A stretch of DNA of 58,654 nt, filler included, from Porpidia crustulata (Eukaryota): assembly GCA_964255105.1 (NCBI GenBank). It is 4 parts of 4 records of this genome, joined end to end, with 100 filler letters (N's around TTAATTAATTAA, not from the genome) between each part and the next. Parts side by side here need not be neighbours in the genome. Positions count along the whole stretch, not along the records: positions 1 to 14,613 come from CAXUWE010000368.1; positions 14,714 to 29,324 come from CAXUWE010000369.1; 2 more parts are not named here. The stretch is one strand, 5' to 3'. Position numbers and translations under genes: made by a program. This document shows, in pieces, positions 11,692 through 24,321 of this stretch (position 1 is the first letter of the stretch; every line of letters starts with the position of its first letter). Under the pieces are notes generated by a model, which was not told the origin of the DNA, ran no database searches, and saw only the letters and a list, made by a program, of their open reading frames with translations.

Positions 11692-11949
11692 GTTATTTCG
11701 GTTTAGCAGGATTGATCTATCAAGTGACGCAAACGAGTGGATCTGTATCCTGAGCCTACCTGGTGGCCATGCCGTACACAAATAACAACGACGTGGTAGT
11801 AGCGAGAAGGATCAGGCCAAGTTCATGGAAGCGACACTGACAAGGCAAGTTATGGATCGATTCGATGTTTACAGATTATAAGAGGGCTCTCTTCTTGGAA
11901 TCAAAAAAAGTATGTCATAGTATCAGAGCATACATAAAAAACGAAAGTA

Positions 11950-12053
11950 CACGTATTTTACCCCTCAAATAACCGGACCCCTTAAATGGCCACCCTAACC
12001 CTATGTCTGATGACCATTTAAAGAATTCGATCATTTAAGAAATAAATTACGTG
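11950..12053. mobile_element. 104-bp degenerate MITE-like fold-back element with 43-bp TIRs, TA flanks and a CCCTAACCCTA spacer
   Basis: Left 11950-11992 and reverse complement of 12011-12053 align without gaps; 12 mismatches, 11 of them transitions. TA at 11948-11949 and 12054-12055. Spacer ccctaaccctatgtctga. Confidence 0.7.
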
Positions 12054-12989
12054 TAACATCACGAAGCTTTTCAATTCTTGCTATTTAATTCTTATCTAAG
12101 ACTCGAACTAATTAGGGGCCTCCTAACTAGCTAGCTATGGGGGTAAATCAACGAAGAAATAAATGCTAAGGAAGGAAGGAAATCCGGATGCAGGACGGTA
12201 TTTGGGGTGATGGGAAATTGGCAATGCTAGGGTGACGCTAGGCCTCATTAGGCTCGGCACCACCTTGATCCGGTGGCCTGATGCTTAGTCCTCCTTAGGG
12301 GCGCTAGCCCTGCCAAAGGGCTGCTGGGGATGTTGGGGAAGGTCTGATCGTAACAGAACTTGGATTCAAAGCTTTTTAAACTTTTACATAGCCAAAATAT
12401 TTATTTAAATCTTCTGTCAAAAACAACATCCGGCCCAGATCTATGATGTACCTATTATAGATATGTTTCATGGTCTAGAGGAGTAATGCGCGCGTCTAAT
12501 TCAAAATTGGGCTTTTTTTTCAGATTTGGACTTATAAAGTAATTAACTCGAAGCTTCTCACGAGTGAATTACGGGCATGTTAGTATGAATAGGTATTCCA
12601 ATGGGTCGAGGCTGTGTTACTGGGGATGTTATGTTCGGGCTTCTTGGGGAATGAGTGAAGGCGGTGGGGGAATATGAAAGGTTCGGTTTGCGACAAGCAT
12701 GGGGTGGATATATCACTACTGGGAGAATTGAGGGATCATTCTGCTTTCTCGGAGTGGTAGCGGATGGTGATTCTTCTGTATGGATATGGAATTTTTGTAT
12801 CGTCGGTAGCGTGAAACCGGTTCGATGAATTAGAAGGGACGATTTGTCATGATATATGCCAGTGTTTGTACTTCGTGTTTGAGGTTTCATTTGATCCTCA
12901 ACATGTCGACACTTCGATGAGTACAGAAGCACAATAACATGAATCGACGAAAGACCCGCATATGCCCACGAGCAACCCAGTCCGAACCT

Positions 12990-14057
12990 CTATGACACAG
13001 CGCGAAACCTCGCTTCCTCGCCGCAGACCAGCTGTATCGAATACGCAGGTCCCAACCGACCTCCCCCTCGCTCACCAGCATAGCTTAAAACCGTATCAAC
13101 ATCGTCGAAGCTCCACCATCCCCACTCACTGTCCATCATCCGTAGTACATACTCCCCATTCACTTCCAGATCTTCAAGACCGCTATACTTGTAAGCGGGA
13201 TCGAACGTCCTGTGCTCGACATACGGTACTCCAGGCTCAAGACGCAAGAAGTCTTCACGCCGCCAAGGGCCGTCATCGTTGGTGTGGATCAAATCGGGTG
13301 CGAGACGTTTCCTGGTAACGCCGTCGAGGATCTCCATGTCGGGGTTGCCGGCTGTGGCGCTGTGTCGCTCGGCGAGAACGGTGATTGAATTTCGCGCGTG
13401 GGAGGTGAAGGCTAGAGAGAACGAAAATTTCGGGTTGCTGGAGAGGGACATGGTCGACGGTGCAGAAAGCGAGATGGATACCTCGGGTGCAGGTGTAAGT
13501 TCGCTGCGAGTGTCGAATGTGATTGTGTTGTTATTGTACCGTGGCTCGCACTGTAGAGGTAGCGTTTCCGGAGGTGGGAGCTTTCGGTGTATTTTGAAAT
13601 ACTCGCTGACTGTCTCTTGGGAATCATGGGTCCACCACTGGAGCGCTGAGGGCTTGCACTGGATGTCGTACGTACAATCTGGCTTCAGCGCGCGCGGATC
13701 GAAAGTGAATTCATAATCTTGCGGGTTGGTCGCTGTGGTGAAAGTCAAATAATTAGGCCGATTAGGCTCGAGGGTCATCTGAGGTGGGCATGCTGCTCCC
13801 GGATTGATTGATTGGGATGCCTGTGTGGATTCGAGGACGGGGATTCGTTGGCCGGATTCCACATCTGTGCATTCGATGCATTGAGATACCAGAAGTTCTT
13901 TCAGTCCAATGTGATCGTTATAGTCACTTCGAATCAACGTAACAGGCTGTCCGCTTGTGAGAGTAAGGAAGATTACAAGACTAAAGCGAGATTGATGGTT
14001 CAACCAGCAAAGTCTGTCTGCGTAGAGACGCAGCGTGAGCTTGGGTTGAGATGCCAT
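12990..14057 (-). CDS. Hypothetical protein (about 355 aa, intronless) made of two similar halves
   Basis: Long ORF with ATG at 14057 (MASQPKL) and normal globular composition. Repeated pattern ...LEP..P...FDP...Y.....WW(T/S).D..(E/D)TV in both halves. Confidence 0.75.
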   Translation of the reverse strand: MASQPKLTLRLYADRLCWLNHQSRFSLVIFLTLTSGQPVTLIRSDYNDHIGLKELLVSQCIECTDVESGQRIPVLESTQASQSINPGAACPPQMTLEPNRPNYLTFTTATNPQDYEFTFDPRALKPDCTYDIQCKPSALQWWTHDSQETVSEYFKIHRKLPPPETLPLQCEPRYNNNTITFDTRSELTPAPEVSISLSAPSTMSLSSNPKFSFSLAFTSHARNSITVLAERHSATAGNPDMEILDGVTRKRLAPDLIHTNDDGPWRREDFLRLEPGVPYVEHRTFDPAYKYSGLEDLEVNGEYVLRMMDSEWGWWSFDDVDTVLSYAGERGGGRLGPAYSIQLVCGEEARFRAVS

Positions 14058-14613
14058 GGTTTTGCAGACACAGCAGGCGCGAATGCTATTCAGCGGTTGG
14101 CGGGGAGGGAGGGTCAAGAAAAGACTTCTATCTTCGGCGACGAGGCCCAGTAGAGTAGCCGGGTGTCAAAGGCGTCCACAACAACATCGACCCACCACCA
14201 TAATTCTCGGAAGTTTTGAAACGAGAGACGGCGTTGACATACACATCAGCATAGACCGGTGATAGTATGAGTAGAGAGATGTAGCGATTCGGGGTTTCAG
14301 ACTCTAGCGTGGCGTTTCGCGCACGAACACGTAGTTCATCTTGATAAGTCTTAAAGAAGGCGTGGTGACTGGACTGGCACAGAGGAGCGGGGGGGTCGAA
14401 GTAGCGAACATGAGAGGCGACGAGGATCAAGTGTGCTTTTCATAAAGTATCCAGCGATGTACAAATCTGAAACGGTTCGCTTATTCTGGTATCTGTCCGA
14501 GGGACGTTTAGCCGTGTCAGAACGCCTGGCGCAGAATTGACATGAATGAGTATCTCGGATTGCTGCCGGTCAAGGGCAACATCAATGACTTCGCCATATA
14601 CGTTGACTTAGAT

Positions 14614-14713
14614 NNNNNNNNNNNNNNNNNNNNNNNNNNNNNNNNNNNNNNNNNNNNTTAATTAATTAANNNNNNNNNNNNNNNNNNNNNNNNNNNNNNN
14701 NNNNNNNNNNNNN
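14614..14713. other. Artificial contig-joining spacer
   Basis: 44 N + TTAATTAATTAA (stops in all six frames) + 44 N. Confidence 0.99.
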
Positions 14714-15078
14714 GCATAGGGATTCGCGATATTTCGCCGGGGGAGGGGTGTTCCTGTTTGAGGGGGGTGTAATGAGGTCGGGAGTTTGATGGTTCGTACG
14801 AGTGGCCGTCGTATGTCTCGGATTGATTCTCTATTGGTGTCGAGTCTCTCGAGGCAGAAGCAACTTGGGCTTGCAGTTGCGCAATATGCTCTCGTATCTT
14901 CTCCCCTGTCCGACAGTGAGCTTCATTCCCGTACAGGCACCAGGATGAGATACATACTATGCCTGCGCTGTGCTCTTCTATTCTGTATCTTCCTCCTTGC
15001 AGCACGATCCTCAACCTTGGTCCAGTCATCATCCTTGGAGGTCGATGTCATCGGCGCTTGTCTTGGAGAATTACCCAT
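14714..15078 (-). CDS. bZIP transcription factor, 5' part (truncated by the contig end)
   Basis: Splicing out intron 14906-14957 gives MGNSPRQAPMTSTSKDDDWTKVEDRAARRKIQNRRAQRRHREKIREHIAQLQAQV, with an NRxAQRxxR basic region followed by heptad hydrophobics. Confidence 0.8.
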
Positions 15079-18000
15079 TTTGATTGCAATTGACTCCCAA
15101 AGTCAGGCACGACCGTTCATAATATAATGACTGAACATAATCCGTTTTGGAATTAAAGTGGTGGAAAAGCTGCGCCTCCATGGGCTGAAGACGCAAGACT
15201 TCACTCATCCACGAGACTAAAAAGGATTAGGATTAGCAGTGAACGCCTGAAAGCTTAAGTTTTTGACGGATAAGGGAGCCTACGAGCGTTCTCGAATACT
15301 TCCGATAGGTCATAGGGCTACAAGGTTCACATGGAACGCCATGCCTTCAGGCACACGTGGCCGTTGAGCGATCCGACGGGTCGGACTCATAGAACAATCC
15401 GAGTCAGACTGGCGATAAAGCGGCTATGGACAATGATTGGCGCCAGGTACGGTTCAAGGTGTGACTGACCCATGGCAAATGTTGATCGGCGAGCAGGAGT
15501 ATGCAACCTTGACGTCCCACCGCCCTTTCATCTCACCTTCAGCCGTACGCGATTATACAGTTGCCGAGAGAATAGAGTAAGAGCAGGATGAATTAATCAT
15601 CGTGGGCAGAGATGACCTTGCATATATCAGATGCTTCCGTCGCACATTTTCAGTGCTTGGAATATCATTTACGATCGCTTGCGTGGCCATTTCTTCAATT
15701 CTTTGTTTGGAGAGAACTGAAAGTAACCTCGGGACACGAGGTTCCATGTGCGCTCAAAGGAGCAGGAGGCGTATTTCCATGAGGATCAATACCTCTTCTT
15801 GAAACCGAATCCACGGCACTGGGTTGTGGAGTTTGTGGGGCTGCAGTGTGAGCAGAATAATCCACGCAAGATAAGGTAAAGCCGTGATTCCACATGTGTG
15901 GGGTGTGAGAGTTGAGCGGCACAGTACAGAGCAGTAGGCAATTTTTCGAGTAGAGTAGAGTAGCACTCGCAGGAATATCTAGTGTTCCTGTTTATCGCAT
16001 CGCATCGATTCCTCGATCTAGAAGCCACGGGCGTTCTCCAAGGCATCTTTTCTGCGTGATTATCAATATGACAATGCCCAGCATTAAGATCCTGACAATG
16101 GTGAAATTAGGAGGCTCTCGCACCTGAATCAGGCGGTGGAGGTAACTCCGAGGGCTGATTGGATGCTCATCCAGATAGCGTGCGCAGGCTTCAGTTTGAT
16201 GTGCCGTGATGCCAAGTGATGGCCTGTAAGCTGTAAGCTGGAGGGAAGAAGTCGTGTTGGATGTGGCTGTTTTGCTGCAGCTTGTCTTTGGCGAGTTGTG
16301 GGATCTGATAAATGATTCGGCTGTTACGCGTCCAACGTGGTTTCGAGACATTCGCTTTGGATGACCAATCATAGTACCTTCGCTAAATGAATTCAGTTCT
16401 CAATTGTGTTGGTAATTCTCTCACCCCTCGTATACTTGCATTACTGTATTCTTATTTTGTACACAGGTACTTGTCAGTAGATGCTAGACTAAATCCAAAC
16501 AACTGTCTCAATGGTATCCCTCAGTCGTTCTCACCGCCGAATTGCCAAGGGTGCGAGTTTCGGTATCCGGAGCGAGAAACGGTAATACCGGCTTTACCAC
16601 TTAGAATCGTTCAGGCCAGAATGGATGGCGTTGCCTGTTTGTAGGCAACAACAATTCGCTACGGAGGCTGGCATGACGCCCAATAATGCGATGCGTCATT
16701 AAATGCACCGTTACATCGATGATGATCCTGGGGTGCAGGTGTGCAGGTGACTCGTAGAGTGTAAGTTGCGTTCAAACCTCGAATACATCCTTACTCTAAT
16801 CGGAACGGACACGATAGAACCTCCGAAGCTACAGTCACGGATTTCGGGCAAAAGAGAAGCCTGTCACGCCTTTGCTAGTGTGCCTTTGATTGTGGCGTCC
16901 AGGCACGCCAGGGGTCAACACAACTAATGCAGCGGTGCCTCCAACGAGCGCAGTCCTCCTTGGCTCGTGAGATATGCATGCGAGGCATAGTGCGTCACAG
17001 GATTAGTACGCTTGATATGAGGCTGATATTAGCAAGCCTGGCACAAGCGAATGTGGAAGGACTTCTCGCCGTCTTGGAGCAAACAAAAACTTTCCGTCAA
17101 CAAGCTTTTCGATCAATAGGGATCCAACGTCTCCGTACGTACCCATCACACCAAGTTAGGGTGATCAAGCCTAGGTCGCCGGCCACGCGGCAAAGCGGAA
17201 CCCGGGCACGCCAGAGATGTAGGTACGAATTCGTTGAATATTATTGCTTGAAACTTTCTCCGAATTTCAAACAATACGGATCGGAAGATGATCAAGCCTA
17301 TTCTCAATAGATTTGCCACACTTCGGAAATTGGCAGAGATTTGACTACATCCGAAAATATGGCCTTAAGGCCGCGATCAATTGAAGAGCGTCCGTTAGAA
17401 GCTCCATCCTGATCCTGTGCTTTGACTCACTTGCGAAGACATTGTTAGCGTCGTTATCATGAGCAGAATGCATGCCACCTATCACGCGTCTTCTTCCAGG
17501 TGATCAACTCGTTCGTCATATAGGAGCAGATACTGGTGTACCAATGCTCAGGAATGCCATGATTCAAGCCCGACTCCTTCGCATCCGAGTCATTGCTCGA
17601 TGTCTCAACTAAGCCCACGGCTCGTCCCAACCGAGAGAGTGCCTGCCATCGACTGCATGCCGGGGAACAAAGTATGAGGAAGCTTTGTAATCCAGACTTT
17701 CAAATGTCCAACAGCTTTCTAATCTGCCACTTTTCCGATTTCGTCAATCGAACCTTGAACCGGAAGGTTCCGATTTACCAAGCTTGGAAAAGTAAAAGCG
17801 TACAACCCCACCCCTGAATAAGCAGACGGTGAGGGTGTGATGATGGGCCACTGACAGTCGCGAACTGCGATATAGACATTTGATGAGCCACGGCACAATC
17901 TCCACACGGCCAAACTTGTCAAATTCTGTAAGTCTGCTTGACGAGACGGAGAAAAGGGCCTGTCCATAGGCATGGGTATTGTCTTTGTATTCGTCATCTC

Positions 18001-21000
18001 GTTATTGCTCCAGTGGTCGCGTTTTTCAAGATCTTTGATCACCTGGCTGATTCCAAATCTTTCAAATGCCGTATGACAATTTACCCCTCAAGCTGAAGCT
18101 CTAAACATCCTTCACATTTATGGAAATCAGACTGTACGAAACACAATAAGCGGATAATCGGAGGCAAGGCCTCGAGCCTTCTAGATTCTAGACTATTGCA
18201 GTCTATATCTACTCGGCTCATCCTGCGGACGGTTTTGTAAGGATACCGCTTCTCGGAACTGACTTCCATGCCAAAGAACAACGACTGCTTTGAGAAAGAT
18301 CTGACTGATTGGATATGAATTCTTCAAGATAAATTCACGAGCTTATGCAGGGGAGGGAGTAGCGTAGCTTGCTGCGAATCATGGTGGTCCCGTTAGAATT
18401 TCTTCCGTTAGCGAAGCGTACAGACCACCAGGCCTATGGCAATATACTTGGTTGGATCGAGCCAACGGAGGGGATCGCCAACTATAGACAGTTCGTTGAA
18501 TCGCTATTGAATGACTTTGCAGACGTGATTCCCAATTCTTATGCCAAAAGAGGTTTCCTTTGTCCCAAAAAGAACCTGCCTTTTCACATAAGATCATGTA
18601 TCTCGCAGGGGTTCTATGGTTATCCTTGGCATGTGTGAAGTTTCGATTCTCTAACAAGCATACCTGCTGCTAAGGATCTCAGAAGCCTCCTGAGGTATGA
18701 GTCACGTCGATGCCCCAAGCAAAAGTCATGGCGCGACCAGACTCTCCTGGGAATCCCCTGGGAGACCTTCCTTCTCTTTCTTATCCCAGTACCCTGATAT
18801 TCTGAAGTAGGTTCTAGGCCCCATTTGCCACCTAGATAGTGCGGCCGAGTCAGATGTAGACGGTGGCAATCGGTGTTCCCCGGTCATTCCTTAAACGCAT
18901 TTCGGTAGGTCGAGACATCTGCTTCGACACACCCACAAGGGTGAACAATATGTCCGATACGGAATCACACTGGCGAAGGGATGAAGAGATGCTCAAGAGA
19001 CTATTGAATAATTTCCAGACATGCCAAGGACACCACTTGGCGGCCTTGAGTCTTTTAGAAGCATTTCGATCATGGCTTTAGGTATCTTGAAGAAAGACGC
19101 TGGAAGAGTTATCGAGTCCTCTCGATTGCTGAAATTTAACTCCTCAGTCAACTCGTAGGCCTTAGCCAGGGAAATGGCAACTTTAACCAACGCTCGAAAC
19201 TGCAACGATCGATAGGATATTCCGCAAGCATGTTAGCTCGAGATTCTTGTGCTATCTCACAACGCGTTGAGATGATCATCTGCTCTGAAGTGTTTAGAAG
19301 AGCTTCACAGCAATCAGTACCTTGAAGTCGCGAGATGAAGCCCTGGACACAGTATTCGAGATATGGGCACGTTTCCAAACTTGATTCTAGATACACATGT
19401 ACGCGGAAGAAGCCACGGACAAGAATATACATTCTTGGGCCAAATTTTCGAAAGTAATGCAACTGCACATCGCGGGAAGACTTTGAAGACATCCTAGCAC
19501 CATCGAGTCTTGACGATATTAAAGGTGGGAAGAAGTGTTACCAGGCGTGATTTGCTTCGGGTACAAGAAATTAACCGCTGTTACTTCTCATCATACTAAT
19601 CAGCCTCGTAGATGCACCAATGGGTTCCAACTCGGCTAACTAGGATCAATCGAGATCATCTTAAGCAGATTACTGCTCTTCAATTTTCCATTGCAGGCCT
19701 ACCGTAAATTTCACTACAAGAGTACGTATTCTCACATTCCACTCTAAAGAGAACACATATTGATACCATCGTTGAAAAGTGCTTATAGGAAGCTAATAAA
19801 CAGTCCTCTGTGAATTACGAGAGGTACTTAGAAAGCAGCACTGTACGGTCGATGCACAGGAGACGATTGATGTGGAAAATTCAGAAGACAACTTGAGGCC
19901 CGGCATGACATCCATCGAGGCAAAGTCCAGAAGCAGGGCCGCTTCATGACACGCCGCGAAATGGATGGATATTCAGCTTTCTCAAAGGGCTATGATCACA
20001 TATATGAGGTAAGAAAGATTTTGAAATCGAAGCCGGAGGTATGTCTGGCTATGTTTGTGGATGTACAAGGGCTCAATCCTACGAACCATGTCCTGTCTAG
20101 CGATCAATTTCTCTCGAAGACAACCACATGGGAGGCTTATGTGTGCGAGGTCAGTTTGCATCGGAGTTAAAGCCGAATAGACTCAAGTCTGACATTATTG
20201 CTATCCAAAGACGTTGCACGATCGCAAATAACCAGGAGAGTTGAAGAACAGCGGGGATAGATCTATGAAGAGAAATTAATACTGTAGGGCCCAGTAGTAC
20301 CAAACCCTGGAGTATCACGAAAGCTCAGCAGACACCTCTGCGATGACATAAGGCATGACGAGCAACCAGCAGCAAATTGATCTGGCGATTCTGAGATATT
20401 CTACGAAATGTTTCGCAAGACATCGCTGAACTCGCCGTGAGGGGATGGTACACACCATTCATCGAGTCGACAGGGCATTGTCCTAGGAACATCGATGTCA
20501 GACCAAGGTCGATAATAATGAAAGGGAGCCCCCAAGTATCAAGCAAGCTGTGGTGCTTCCTGGGAATGCAGACGGCCTTCTGCACATCAAGTCAAACTAA
20601 ATCGAGACAAACGGGATATCACAGCATCGCAAACGGGCAACCACACTGGTGATAGCCGGCTGCAAACGGCCTCAATGGAACTGCTGCATACCCCTAAAGT
20701 TCGCCTCGTCCTTCGCGAACGCTCGGGCAAATGCACGTATCCGAAATCTGGGGAATCACGGGGGTACAAGATGATGCAGCCGAGGTGGAGAGGTGGATGG
20801 ACTTGGCGTAAGTACCACCGAAAGCATACGATCGCGCAAAATGTGTTACTGATGTATGTCAGGGTGAATGCGATAACTCGCGGGTCTCGACCTTGACTCA
20901 AATGGAATGACGGAAACCACGTTGAATGCTATGAGGTTGAAGCGTTATCCTCTTGGCCTTCTGATGGGCGATGACGGAACACTATTACGTTCTGGATAAC

Positions 21001-24000
21001 AGCATTTTTTAGTTACTATGAAAAGAGTGTTTGTCATATGTCGGGCACGGAGAGGCACAGCAAGTTTCTGCAACTCTGTTGTGTGAAGAAGATTAAGCCG
21101 AATGAGTCAGATCTCATACGCGGCTCGTTGGGTTTTTACCAGCTGGACATGGCCGAAAAGCTTCAGATCATCGGTATTCGGCAGCTTATCGTGTTCCCAT
21201 GATTCGAGAAATTTGTACAAGATCTCCAATGCCTCTTCCTCCGTAGAATGCAAGGCGTCGAACCTTATTGTCTTGCTGGCGTCCTACAAGATGCCGGAGC
21301 ACAGCATTTATTCTTTTTCCCAAGTCATTTCAGATTGCTTTCACCCTTCGAGGTACTAAAAACGCTTCTATGAGCCATTTATGTCCAGACCGGGAAGTTG
21401 GCCATGGTCTCTCGGCATATTACATTACTCGAAGCCTTACCACATCTACGCCCATGATAGCATCGGACTAAACGCTTCGATTTGAGAACTCCTAGATGAC
21501 TTACAGGGAAATAGCTATAGCGATCCTCGCGTAAATCGTGGCGGACAACACAGAATGATACGCTCTCATGAGCTGTATCGGAGACAACAATCAAGCATCC
21601 CAGACCACGAGAACCAACGAAGATCAAGTAGATATGGAGTGCACGGCGGTTCTGGAACGTGATAGTCGATTTGCCGCCCCTTGAATAGCTAATGGCTTAG
21701 TACGGTCTGTCAGATCTAACAAGTATTAGATCTTCACATCTGATTGGCACCTCCCGTAATATCTCGATTCGCATCGATGCGCTATTGTAGATCGAAGCAG
21801 CCCAACCACGGTCCGATTCAGACGCTTTTCCAATGTTATTTTCGTTTTACGCACTAGCCAAAGGGTCACAAGCTTCAACCGTTGTGGTCGATATATCGAT
21901 TGTCAGCTATTTTGAAACTTCATCTCACAGGCAGCCAACCGTGGCCAATTTGCGAGCAAGATGCATTGGATATGGACCATTGCACAACCTGAGGAACACA
22001 CACGGAGGCCGAACAGTCATTCAAGTGCGAGAAGTCGTCGGCATTCGACAGGCAAGTTTTGCTATAGGTCGTGGCAACAGATGGAGGTCAGGGGAGCACC
22101 GTGATAGCCTTATTAATATCCCGCATCACCGAATTCTTTATCACATGATTGACTATCGTTGACTGAGTGCATAGTCGAACGAAATGATTTCCATTTCAAG
22201 CAGTGATATAAATGGACATCCATAACTGACTTAGCGTCTTGGAATCCGGAAAGGAAGTGTCCGACGCGAGAAATAGCTGTCTAAATGCGGATGAGAAAGA
22301 TTACAGCGTGCCTGTGAAGTTGGATGAAATAAATCAAATTAGGAGAAAAAGAATGAAGATCACCCTCGGTACTGCAAGTCGGAAGGCTTACCGTTAACGC
22401 TAGGCCAGAAATAACCACCAGATTTCAAGGGTATAACGTCAGTACGATACATTAGCTGCTCTGTAATCAATACTCTTAGTTTACGGAACAATAGATACAA
22501 AACGGAGTAAGTAGGTATGATACACCGGATGAGAGAACTACCTTAGTCGTGCTTTTGTTGAGACGCGCGCCCAGAGAACTTGAGCGACATCTTCGTTCAA
22601 GATAGGCATTTCAATGTCATCTTAAACCAAATTGTTGGTAGATGATGTTTTCTGTTGCAGCTCCAATACGCACGGCAGATCAGCGGCACCTTGCTTGATC
22701 TGGGTCGCAAGGGTTGAAGAGAAACCCAGGATTCCCTGCTGACACTGCACAAGCGGTGCGCAGCTGTTGGGGAAGGGCAGGTACCAGGGAGGTACAAGTA
22801 AGGTATGACAAGGTAAATATGATTCGGATTTCGTATCTAATGTATCTACATATGTACTTCGGAAACCTACTTGCAAAATTGTGCACTCTCAATAGAGTAC
22901 AACGACGCTGGGAAAGATTCGGTGTCAAGCTGCTTGCACTTCGTTCTGACATTGTTGGTTTCCTATCTCTGTGTAATGTATGGTGCTGGCATACAATGGA
23001 ATCGCCACCAATGCTGTGCGGAGCGCACTTTCGAAATAAAAATAAGAGATTTGCGCTGCACAATTGCTGGGGCACTAGAGGGACGTGTTGTGCTGTCAAA
23101 AAAAGCGACATCGAAGATCTTATCTGGCGGCAGACCGTTTGTCCAATGGAACTGCCAAAAGCTTAAATAGACTGCATTGAGCAGACAAGGGGGGGACAAG
23201 GGAAAGCGCATGGCGGGAGAAGTGGGTTACTGGCGAGCCTGATGGGTCCCAGAATACTGTCGCGGTCATGACTACTAACCCTTTTTCTCCTGTGGTGCTA
23301 CGAACACAAAGATTCTAGTCCTTCTAACTTTGGCATCCCTACCCACATTACAACGGTCGCCCCATGTTTCACCCATCAAAATTCTATCGTTTGCGGGCTT
23401 TTACTTGATTCGGCCATTCTCGCAAATCACAGCGATCTCCATTGAGACATGCCAGCAAACTCTGTATGACCTATCACAGTCCCGTTTGCGCCTCACGTCA
23501 TCAACCATTGTAACGTTAATTGCCTTCTGAAAATTGCTGCGTTTCGGATCCAATGACTTGCCACAGTATTCGGGGATACGAGTGGGCTCTTTCTTGCCGC
23601 TCTGGTCTTTTTGGCAACTCATTTGGCACTTGGATTTCGCTTTGGGATTCTGTCTATTTCGGAATGCGGTGTAGCTTGGCCTGTGCTGTTCGTCTACCGA
23701 CACCTCTAGGAACTAACAATGCTGCATCCTCCCTTCATGTGTTGGAATATCAATTCACCAAATTGGGCCCTGCATTTCTTGTTCTCCGAATCCCGTACCA
23801 CAGAAACATCAACGTCTGCTCCATGCACCAAGCACAGTAGCGGGAGATCTGATTAGCAAGGCCAGGGGTCGTGGCCACCTCTCCCGTGGTATTGCACGCT
23901 TTGGCACCAGGGTACTTGTTTTCCACACCAATGTGCGATGCGCTCAGGCTACAGCGTTTTCCTTGTCCAAATGTAGCTGCCATGGATCTTCGAAGCTATA

Positions 24001-24321
24001 CACCTCATCGGACCTATTACCGTCGATGACCTGTGAGTTTCCGAAGATGCTTGCCTTCAGGGTAATAGGGTTTAAGGGCTGCAAATTCTCCTGTCATCCA
24101 CTATAATAGGGATTTTTCTTCTCCCATTATGAATTCAAGCAATCTAGTCCAACGGCCCAATATTACCTTTCCTATCCTGTTTGCTTGACCTTTCGTTTGG
24201 ACTGTACACCTAAGTTTATTGATCTCTTCATTGTTGAACGTGCATCTTCCATCTTTGCTCCTTTCCTACTCGGCGCATCCCATCTTTTCGACAGATGATT
24301 TATGCGTAATCATAACAGAAG

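Noticed and set aside
14658..14669. Palindromic TTAATTAATTAA repeated three times in the window
   Set aside because: Artificial six-frame-stop linker embedded in N runs, not a biological motif.
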